The notes under the pieces were generated by a model. That model was not told where the DNA came from, ran no database searches, and saw nothing but the letters and a program-made list of their open reading frames with translations. A program made the translations under genes and the position numbers. From an uncultured virus (IMG/VR IMGVR_UViG_3300018049_000008) (Duplodnaviria > Heunggongvirae > Uroviricota > Caudoviricetes), in the IMG/VR virus record IMGVR_UViG_3300018049_000008: a stretch of DNA of 64,000 bases; one strand, 5' to 3'. Below, one piece after another: positions 29,055 to 36,533 of the stretch. Within the stretch, counting starts at the first letter, position 1. Every line of letters starts with the position of its first letter.

Positions 29055-29654
29055 TTATTCGAACCGTACTATATTAAAAGCGATCGAATAACGAGGTTTT
29101 TCTATTTGATTTATTAATACGCCATGTGTCATATGATTAGGAAAAAATAAACATGTGTTTTTTTCGGTGATTGGTTCAAAATGATCGGTTGTTATTAATG
29201 GATTGCATAAATCATCGCCTAATGAGCCATTTTGTAATGCCCATGAATAATCACCTTTTCTAATAAACATAATTTCACCTTGTTCTTGCTCTACATTTCT
29301 TGGATAATAACAACCAGATAAAACACATGTTGGGCCAGGATGAGAATGGTGCATATTGTAACAATGTTGGAAATTAATGTTCATCCATAAATTATCAACT
29401 TTTACATTTACATCAGATTCATAAGCATCTCTACATATTTGATTGGCAGCTTCGTTAATACGACCAATTAAATTATCTATATGTTTATTTTCATTTATAT
29501 TATATTCTCGTTGCCAGCCTCCAATATTTGATAAATCCCTCCCCTCATCTTGACTACAAATATAATCCATAAATTTAACAATTTCTTCAGAATTGACATC
29601 ATCAAAAACCATTTTAAAAATACTATCGACAAATATATCAATTCTTTCAATCAT
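29055..29654 (-). CDS. Putative 2OG-Fe(II) oxygenase, TIGR02466-like (199 aa)
   Basis: SN.GGWQ, W.NIN....YN..H.H, LSG.YY, FFP..M.H.V..N.....RYSIAFN. Confidence 0.85.
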   Translation of the reverse strand: MIERIDIFVDSIFKMVFDDVNSEEIVKFMDYICSQDEGRDLSNIGGWQREYNINENKHIDNLIGRINEAANQICRDAYESDVNVKVDNLWMNINFQHCYNMHHSHPGPTCVLSGCYYPRNVEQEQGEIMFIRKGDYSWALQNGSLGDDLCNPLITTDHFEPITEKNTCLFFPNHMTHGVLINQIEKPRYSIAFNIVRFE

Positions 29655-30520
29655 GGTTTTTCCTGTATGCCGTGTGTAGCATATGGACCTTTTAGAATTA
29701 AAGGTATATTAAAAAACAAAGCTTCGCCAAGTGGTTCAATGCTGTAGTATTGATGAGCAGGAATATAAACAATATCACCTTTGTTTACTGTAATTTCTTG
29801 TTCTATCTCTAATTTATCAAAAAAAACTTGATAATCTCTAACATCCCAATCTTCTGGAAAACTATGATCGCATAATGCAGAACATCTATTTTTATAAACA
29901 ATAATTTTAAATGATTCATCTACACCTAGAAAAAAATTACTCCACGTTTTAGCACATGGTAAATGTTTATCGGCATCTTTTGATGGATGATAATAAGCTT
30001 GAATACAACCACTCGTATGAACAGGTCGTACAGGCCAGACTCCATAATATTCAAGATTACAATAAAATTGGTTTAATAAAAATTGTAACAGTTCATAGAC
30101 ATGATTGTTAAAAATTTCAAATTTATTAATCATCATTGTTTGATTATTTTTTTCAATATATTCTAATGACAATTTACAATAATTAATAAAATCTTGATAT
30201 ATTTCTGATTTTTGATTTTGATCATCAAATTCTACACTATCAGGATTTTTTGTAGTAAGCGGAGTAAATTGAGGATTATTTTTATAATCCTCTAGAATTC
30301 TATTTGTAGTAGATTGAATTTCATCTGTTTGCATCTTAGATAGTGCAGTTACAAAATAATAAGTAAATTGGTCTTCTTTAAATAATATTAATTTTTTAAA
30401 ATCACCAATTGTACCGAGATGACAACACTCTTCTTCTCTTATAAAATTATTTAAAACAATAAGCTTATCATTAAAATAAATTTCTTCAAAATCTTTTTCG
30501 AATTGTTCTTTTGCAAACAT
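29651..30520 (-). CDS. Cupin/JmjC-like protein with degenerate metal ligands (likely start 30520, about 289 aa)
   Basis: C-terminal EITV.KGDIVYIPA..YY.I is JmjC/cupin-like; the TAATG overlap at 30518-30522 marks the likely true start (MFAKEQ). Confidence 0.55.
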   Translation of the reverse strand: MFAKEQFEKDFEEIYFNDKLIVLNNFIREEECCHLGTIGDFKKLILFKEDQFTYYFVTALSKMQTDEIQSTTNRILEDYKNNPQFTPLTTKNPDSVEFDDQNQKSEIYQDFINYCKLSLEYIEKNNQTMMINKFEIFNNHVYELLQFLLNQFYCNLEYYGVWPVRPVHTSGCIQAYYHPSKDADKHLPCAKTWSNFFLGVDESFKIIVYKNRCSALCDHSFPEDWDVRDYQVFFDKLEIEQEITVNKGDIVYIPAHQYYSIEPLGEALFFNIPLILKGPYATHGIQEKP

Positions 30521-31236
30521 TATTGTTTCTCTTCTAATGTATAATTGCTTTTTCGCATGCAATATTTTCTATACCATTGAGCTACACTCGCGAATCCTCG
30601 AGATCTAGCTTCTCGTTTTTCTACCATTGGACCATAAAAACCATTGTATGTTTCTTTCTTAAATGGTATAATATGCACTAAAGGTTCACCGGCTTTGATT
30701 GTAAAACTGCCTTTTTCTTTTGGCTTAAAAATAATATTGAGTGTAGTAAATCTCTCTGAATAATCAACTACGCCAGGGTAAATGTATAACTTCTCTACTA
30801 TATTCGAATGATAATGAGGAGGCATAATTAATAATGAAATATTTTTTGCCTTCACCATCCAAGGGGTTGTTAAATGTAATGGGTTAGCTGCGCAGTTTTG
30901 ATCAGGTATACCTGTAGCTATTTCTTCACTCATAGGACCACATACTTGATTACCTAATGGTTTATGTGATTCATTTCCAGATTTATCTCTAGACATTACA
31001 TATGCCATCGTATTTGGACCATCATTAAATACCTGAATCTCATCCCACGCTGTCAAAATCCATCCTAGATTTTTATAATCTACAATACCGGGGCAATCAT
31101 TAAATTTTTCTTTCCCAAATTTTTCTTTTTGCACGGCTTTATGAGGACAGGCATTAAAGGTTCGCGCTTTTTGAATTGGATGCAATTTATAATATGTGCC
31201 ATCCATATCATAAAATTCTACATTATTTTCAATCAT
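30520..31236 (-). CDS. DUF6065-like protein (238 aa)
   Basis: CPG..DY...GWIL..W, PW, PG.VD, .NI.F......FTIKAGEPLVHIIPF; paralog of the adjacent ORF. Confidence 0.6.
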   Translation of the reverse strand: MIENNVEFYDMDGTYYKLHPIQKARTFNACPHKAVQKEKFGKEKFNDCPGIVDYKNLGWILTAWDEIQVFNDGPNTMAYVMSRDKSGNESHKPLGNQVCGPMSEEIATGIPDQNCAANPLHLTTPWMVKAKNISLLIMPPHYHSNIVEKLYIYPGVVDYSERFTTLNIIFKPKEKGSFTIKAGEPLVHIIPFKKETYNGFYGPMVEKREARSRGFASVAQWYRKYCMRKSNYTLEEKQ

Positions 31237-31937
31237 CTTATTTCACGCAATTCTTTTGTATAAGTTCCTAATCGTGTTCGATTTGCAACATTAAGTTTAT
31301 CTCGCTGTTTGCATTCTTTTTCATTCATAGGTCTAATAATGTGTTTATGCTTTTGTCTTTTAAATGGCACGACATGTACTAATGGCATACCTGCGAGTAG
31401 TGTATCATCAAAATTTGGTTGATGCCAAATTACTGGAAAATTAACTGGACTATGATATTGATCAGTATCAACAACACCACTTAAAACTGTATATGGTAAA
31501 TTCCAGACACTAGGTAGTGGTTGAAATAAACACGACCATCCAGGCGGAGTTTTAATTCCATAATAATTTATAAACTTTAAAGGATCTTGTTTTCCAGTTT
31601 TCCAACCAGTTGATTTAAGTTGACTAAACGAATGTCTTTCAACAAATGGTAAAGTACTATCTTGCATATGTTCTGCAGATAATACACTACAATCGTCATT
31701 AGTAATAACATGAACATCGCCTTGAAGAGGCACAATATAACCAAGCGTCATAGCATCCAACATAGGCAAACATTTTTTTGCCGTGGCACCCGGCATAGTA
31801 TTCGTTCTTTGCTCAGTTTTTAAAGGAATCTTTCTAAACCATTCCGGAATGTGTTTATTTGCAGGTACTGGCTCAGGTAAAACTTCATGCAATTCTGGTT
31901 CAATAATAAATTCAATTTTATCGTTATTAAAAAACAT
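31233..31937 (-). CDS. DUF6065-like protein (234 aa)
   Basis: P.PA...IPEWF, T.KKC.P.LDAMT.GYI, KF.N...IKTPPGWSCLF, SGVVDTD.Y...VNFP, G.PLV..VPFKR. Confidence 0.65.
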   Translation of the reverse strand: MFFNNDKIEFIIEPELHEVLPEPVPANKHIPEWFRKIPLKTEQRTNTMPGATAKKCLPMLDAMTLGYIVPLQGDVHVITNDDCSVLSAEHMQDSTLPFVERHSFSQLKSTGWKTGKQDPLKFINYYGIKTPPGWSCLFQPLPSVWNLPYTVLSGVVDTDQYHSPVNFPVIWHQPNFDDTLLAGMPLVHVVPFKRQKHKHIIRPMNEKECKQRDKLNVANRTRLGTYTKELREIR

Positions 31938-32551
31938 TATATTTGACTATCTCCCCAAACCCAAAACACTAGCGTTTCTCTATTGCCAGATATAAGTGGA
32001 GTAACTTGGTGTAACATATGACTGTCAAAAAACACGACAGCACCTTTCTTCAATTCAATTGGATATAAATGGCCATTTCCATCTAAATCTATAGTTAATT
32101 CACCACCTTCATAGTCTTCAGGATCAGATAGCATAACAATACCAGAAATTCTTCTATCTTTTGGTCTATAGCCTTGTAATAGAACGTCTGTATGTGGATC
32201 ATATTTAGTGCCTGGCCCGTCGTAGATAACATATTGAATATCTTCCATACCTATAATTGGATAAAGAAAATGATCATAGTTAGCTCTGCCAACTAAATGA
32301 CCAATTTTTTCATAGACTATATTTGTATTTTGTTCTCTATGAAGGCTTGCTACTTTGCAATCCCGAACTTTATCTGTAGAATCAGGTACTTTTTTACCTT
32401 CAGATCGTTCAGAATATGTTTCACCAGATTCGAAATTAATAATTTTTTTAAAAAATCTAATTTTATTAATTTCATCTTCATCAAATACATTTTCATAAAC
32501 ACCAAATCGCTGGAGATTATGACCGGGAGTCAACTTCTCAATTTCATGCAT
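31937..32551 (-). CDS. 2OG-Fe(II) oxygenase, prolyl-4-hydroxylase/PKHD-like (204 aa)
   Basis: Y..H.D (HTD), R.IS..V.LSDP.DYEGGEL, F.S...H.VTP...G.R.TLV.W: complete HxD...H triad and the 2OG-binding Arg. Confidence 0.92.
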   Translation of the reverse strand: MHEIEKLTPGHNLQRFGVYENVFDEDEINKIRFFKKIINFESGETYSERSEGKKVPDSTDKVRDCKVASLHREQNTNIVYEKIGHLVGRANYDHFLYPIIGMEDIQYVIYDGPGTKYDPHTDVLLQGYRPKDRRISGIVMLSDPEDYEGGELTIDLDGNGHLYPIELKKGAVVFFDSHMLHQVTPLISGNRETLVFWVWGDSQI

Positions 32552-32566
32552 AATATAATTACCTTG

Positions 32567-34915
32567 TTAACCACTGTATTTTATATTTATATATCCTCTA
32601 TTAGTAGCATTATTATTACCAGCTGGGGAATTACCAACACTTACCGATAAGTCTGTACCATCTATACCATCGACTTCATTTGGATTAGTAATTTGTACAT
32701 ATGTTGCTGTTGCTGCAGCCGTAACATAATTTGTAACATTAGGTGCAGCACCCGGCGCAGTTACACTAACAGGAGTACCATCAGGAGTTGTCCATTGAAC
32801 TGTTGTGTCATCACCAGCAAGCCCGAGTGTAGTTCTTGCTGGATAATTAGTTACACGAGAAGGATAATTAGTAACATTAGTTACCGAATATGCCGGCTGA
32901 TTGCGTGATGGATAATTTGTTACAACTTGGTATGCTGGATTATTTCTAGCAGGATAGTTTGTTACAACAGAATATGCTGGATTATTACGCAATGGATAAT
33001 ATGTTGCAACCGCATATGCTGGATTATTACGCAATGGATAATTTGTTACAACTGAATAAGCCGGCTGATTACGTGATGGATAGTTTGTTACAACAGAATA
33101 AGCCGGATTGTTTCTAACAGGATAGTTTGTTACAACCGAATAAGCTGGATTATTACGCAATGGATAATTTGTTACAACAGAATATGCTGCTTGATTTCTA
33201 GCAGGATAATCTGTTTGATTTTGATATGCCGGATTGTTTCTAACAGGATAGTTTGTTACAACTGAATATGCTGGATTATTACGCAACGGATAGTTTGTTA
33301 CAACCGAATATGCTGGATTATTTCTAACAGGATAATCAGTTTGATTTTGGTATGCTGGATTATTTCTAGCAGGATAATTTGTTACAACAGAATATGCTGC
33401 TTGATTTCTAGCAGGATAATCTGTTTGATTTTGGTATGCTGGATTATTTCTAGCAGGATAATCAGTTTGATTTTGGTATGCTGGATTATTTCTAGCAGGA
33501 TAATCAGTTTGATTTTGGTATGCCGGATTGTTTCTAGCAGGATAGTTTGTTATAACCGAATATGCTGCTTTGTTTCTAGCAGGATAGGTTGTTACAACTG
33601 AATATGCTGCTTGATTTCTAGCAGGATAATCAGTTTGATTTTGGTATGCTGGATTATTTCTAGCAGGATAGTTTGTTGTTTGTGAATAAGCAGCTTTTCC
33701 CGAATATACAACTCGCGACGGGTAATACGCTGTAGCAGTAAATGTTTGATAGGTCGGAAAAAATACCTGCCCGAAAGTATAACCTGAAGAATAAGCTGCT
33801 TGAGTAAAAGAAGTGGTCCTTGCTGGGAAGTTAGCAACATTAGAATAAGCACCCTTTTGCTGTCTGCTAGGGTAATTAGTGATAACACTATAGGCACCTT
33901 TCACCTGTCTACTAGGATAATCTGTTTGATCTTGATAGGCAGCTTTCACCTGTCTACTAGGATAATCGGTTTGATTTTGATAGGCAGCCTTCTGCTGTCT
34001 ACTAGGATAATTAGTGATAACACTATAGGCAGATTTTTGCAGTCTGCCAGGATAATTAGTGATAACACTATAGGCAGCCTTCGCCTGTCTGCTAGGGTAA
34101 TTAGTGATAACACTATAGGCAGCTTTCACCTGTCTACTAGGATAATCCGTTTGATTTTGGTAAGCAGCTTTTTGCTGTCTGCTAGGGTAATTAGTGATAA
34201 CACTATAGGCGGCCTTTTGTTGTCTACTAGGATAATCGGTTTGATTTTGGTAAGCGGCCTTCTGCTGTCTACTAGGGTAATCCGTTTGATTTTGGTAAGC
34301 AGCTTTTTGTTCTCTACTAGGATAATTAGTGATAACACTATAGGCAGCTTTCACCTGTCTGCTAGGATAATCGGTTTGATTTTGGTAAGCAGCTTTTTGT
34401 TCTCTACTAGGGTAATTAGTGATAACACTATAGGCGGCCTTCTGCTGTCTACTAGGATAATTAGTTTGATTTTGGTAAGCAGATTTTTGCAACCGAGAAG
34501 GATAATTGGTTTGATTCTGATAGGCAGCTTTTTGCAACCGAGAAGGATAATTAGTTTGATTTTGGTAAGCAGATTTTTGCAACCGAGAAGGAAAATTGGT
34601 TTGAATCTGATAAGCAGCTTTCTGTAATCTAGAAGGATAGTTTGTTTGATTCTGATAGGCAGCCTTCTGCAATCGTGATGGATAATTAGTAATTGCATTA
34701 GTTTGATAAACTGCTTTAGTTGTACTATATGCTGCTTTTAATGTTGGAGCACTAGCACCACCACCTCTAGCCTCAATCTCAATGATTTGACGACCATAAG
34801 GAATAGAGATAGGAGTAGCATCAGTTGTACCTGACGTTGCTTCTTTATATCTAGTTTCAGAAAAAGTGGCAGCCCACGTTCTATCTAGAAAACTTTTTCC
34901 GCCTCCTATTGGCAT
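32567..34915 (-). CDS. 782-aa Tyr/Pro/Asn-rich repeat protein with two mirror-arranged repeat arms; putative hairpin fibre
   Basis: GAGG RBS; arm 1 has 15-aa units KAAY[QNQT/SVIT](N/D)YPSRxx; arm 2 has 14-aa units PAY[QNQT/SVVT](N/D)YPxRN(N/Q); unique centre and termini. Confidence 0.85.
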   Translation of the reverse strand: MPIGGGKSFLDRTWAATFSETRYKEATSGTTDATPISIPYGRQIIEIEARGGGASAPTLKAAYSTTKAVYQTNAITNYPSRLQKAAYQNQTNYPSRLQKAAYQIQTNFPSRLQKSAYQNQTNYPSRLQKAAYQNQTNYPSRLQKSAYQNQTNYPSRQQKAAYSVITNYPSREQKAAYQNQTDYPSRQVKAAYSVITNYPSREQKAAYQNQTDYPSRQQKAAYQNQTDYPSRQQKAAYSVITNYPSRQQKAAYQNQTDYPSRQVKAAYSVITNYPSRQAKAAYSVITNYPGRLQKSAYSVITNYPSRQQKAAYQNQTDYPSRQVKAAYQDQTDYPSRQVKGAYSVITNYPSRQQKGAYSNVANFPARTTSFTQAAYSSGYTFGQVFFPTYQTFTATAYYPSRVVYSGKAAYSQTTNYPARNNPAYQNQTDYPARNQAAYSVVTTYPARNKAAYSVITNYPARNNPAYQNQTDYPARNNPAYQNQTDYPARNNPAYQNQTDYPARNQAAYSVVTNYPARNNPAYQNQTDYPVRNNPAYSVVTNYPLRNNPAYSVVTNYPVRNNPAYQNQTDYPARNQAAYSVVTNYPLRNNPAYSVVTNYPVRNNPAYSVVTNYPSRNQPAYSVVTNYPLRNNPAYAVATYYPLRNNPAYSVVTNYPARNNPAYQVVTNYPSRNQPAYSVTNVTNYPSRVTNYPARTTLGLAGDDTTVQWTTPDGTPVSVTAPGAAPNVTNYVTAAATATYVQITNPNEVDGIDGTDLSVSVGNSPAGNNNATNRGYINIKYSG
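32584..32591 (-). promoter_or_regulatory. Candidate late promoter TATAAATA for the oxygenase cluster
   Basis: Exact consensus inside the last codons of the 782-aa gene, 33 nt upstream of the ATG at 32551. Confidence 0.5.
32836..33697. repeat. Tandem 42-bp coding repeat array (arm 2)
   Basis: About 18-19 units with a 42-nt period, e.g. GGATTATTTCTAGCAGGATAATCAGTTTGATTTTGGTATGCT. Confidence 0.9.
33857..34687. repeat. Tandem 45-bp coding repeat array (arm 1)
   Basis: About 18 units with a 45-nt period, e.g. CTACTAGGATAATTAGTGATAACACTATAGGCAGC. Confidence 0.9.
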
Positions 34916-34930
34916 ATTACATCCTCTTTA

Positions 34931-36109
34931 TTACTGTGCCCAACCAGCATTTCGAATTGATAATGAACCATATATTTTACCAGCAATTACTACAAAATTA
35001 TATATGTCAATTCCAGATGACGATGGAGGTTCTACTGATTCTGCCCAATATATAGCATCTCCTTCTAGTTCCCCTGGCCACGTAGCTTCTCTTGCGGTGC
35101 CATTGTTATCTATGACTAAAGTAAACGCTGCAGCTTCACCAGCTGCCGTTGGGAAATTTGTAAAATCAACCGAATAGTTAGCATTTGGCGTAAATGTATA
35201 TACCGAACCAGAATTTACGTTTATGTTTACTGAATTTCCTGTTGATGCAGCTACTACAGTTTCCTTAAAATAATCTTCTACTTGAATACGGCGCGCCATG
35301 ATGTCAGTTGTTACATCTAAATCACCACTAATATATGTTTGTGTAGCATTAACTTTTAATCTTTCAGATCCATTTGATACCAATCTTATAGATGCAGTAG
35401 CATCAAATTCTAATTTTGTTGCAACATCGCCGCTATGAGTAATACTACTAAGAATCTCTACATTATCAACACCATCAATTGTGTTATCAGATGCCGAGAG
35501 GTTAGAAAAATGAAGACCGTCGTTATCAAAATATGCCCGTCTTCGATCACCAATAATTATCGATATTTCATCAGCTGATGTGCTTGACCAAGTACCACCA
35601 AAATTAGGATCTGGTACATCATCGTTCGTCAAAGCACCAAAAATAATACCAGTGGCAGTATCATCTTGTGATAGTATCATTGATGTGTTTATAGAATTAA
35701 CACCAATGCCGCCATCAGCTTTTTCTGTATTTGTAGCAAATGTACTAGTAGGACTAACACCTCTTACTTGTATACCATCACCAGCATTAATTGATAGCAT
35801 AGTAGTATTAGCACTTGCTATATTTGCATTGCCAGCTGTAATATCAATTTGATTGTTCGAGAATCCGATCGTGGTATCAGTGTCGCCGACGTGAGTAATA
35901 TTGGTGCCAATATATAAGCCACCTGTAATTTGTGCAGTGCCAACTACATCAAGCGGATATGATGGTGATGAATCGTTTATGCCGACCCGATTGTTTACGG
36001 TATCAACGAATAAGACATTGGTGTCAACTGCTAAATTGGCACCAACCTCCATTGAGCCAGTAACAACTAACCCGTCTAATGTGTCAAATTTTTGTGAGGT
36101 AGCAGTCAT
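34931..36109 (-). CDS. Tail-fibre-like protein (392 aa)
   Basis: NL.VDTN.LFVD..NNRVGIN.SSP...LDV.G and I.H.GDT.T.I.F fibre motifs; C-terminal domain shared with 24030..24671. Confidence 0.8.
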   Translation of the reverse strand: MTATSQKFDTLDGLVVTGSMEVGANLAVDTNVLFVDTVNNRVGINDSSPSYPLDVVGTAQITGGLYIGTNITHVGDTDTTIGFSNNQIDITAGNANIASANTTMLSINAGDGIQVRGVSPTSTFATNTEKADGGIGVNSINTSMILSQDDTATGIIFGALTNDDVPDPNFGGTWSSTSADEISIIIGDRRRAYFDNDGLHFSNLSASDNTIDGVDNVEILSSITHSGDVATKLEFDATASIRLVSNGSERLKVNATQTYISGDLDVTTDIMARRIQVEDYFKETVVAASTGNSVNINVNSGSVYTFTPNANYSVDFTNFPTAAGEAAAFTLVIDNNGTAREATWPGELEGDAIYWAESVEPPSSSGIDIYNFVVIAGKIYGSLSIRNAGWAQ

Positions 36110-36119
36110 TTACTTCTCT

Positions 36120-36533
36120 CTATAATTTGAAAATGCCTGAAGTACTCCACGTAATATCTACGTTAGAACCATCTGGCGTAATCGGAAACCCGTCTATATT
36201 TGTATCAAGCCACGCTACTAATCGTGAAGTAGCAGTGTTAGTAGTATCAATCCAAAATAAAAGTGCTTCTGACTCGGGTGTTGTATTTGCCACACTTTCG
36301 AAAACAACGTCATCTGCATCTAGTACACCATTAGTTACTGTAACATTTGTTAATGTCACTGTAGCTGCCACTCCAACTGACGAATTAAGATCAGCATAAA
36401 ATTCATCTGTAGATCCAAACATAGTTACATCAGAATCTATAAGTGATACTTTTAAATTACCTGCATTGAGAGCAACATCATTACTAGCACTAATCAATGC
36501 TTCTTTGTATTTATCATAGATTACATTTGCCAT
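36120..36533 (-). CDS. Small virion structural protein (137 aa)
   Basis: MAN.IY..YKE.L...LKV.L....DA.DV.F...L.A..D....P..P.G..V.I.W...GIF.L pattern of a phage structural family; TAATG-coupled. Confidence 0.7.
   Translation of the reverse strand: MANVIYDKYKEALISASNDVALNAGNLKVSLIDSDVTMFGSTDEFYADLNSSVGVAATVTLTNVTVTNGVLDADDVVFESVANTTPESEALLFWIDTTNTATSRLVAWLDTNIDGFPITPDGSNVDITWSTSGIFKL

Noticed and set aside
30521..30562. N-terminal 14 aa of the 303-aa ORF as called in the track
   Set aside because: This stretch overlaps the upstream gene by about 40 nt; the ATG at 30520 in a TAATG junction fits the pattern of the operon better.
33800..34627. Long plus-strand or alternate-frame ORFs (also 19635..20264, 45309..45887, 6709..7218 and similar)
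   Set aside because: These are shadows of repetitive or biased minus-strand genes; I saw no recognisable domains or expression signals.
32836..34687. Regular 42-45-bp repeats resembling a CRISPR array or a DNA inverted repeat
   Set aside because: There are no unique spacers and no cas genes. Periods are multiples of 3 within one ORF, with synonymous variation. Both arms are direct repeats on the same strand, so the symmetry exists only at the protein level.
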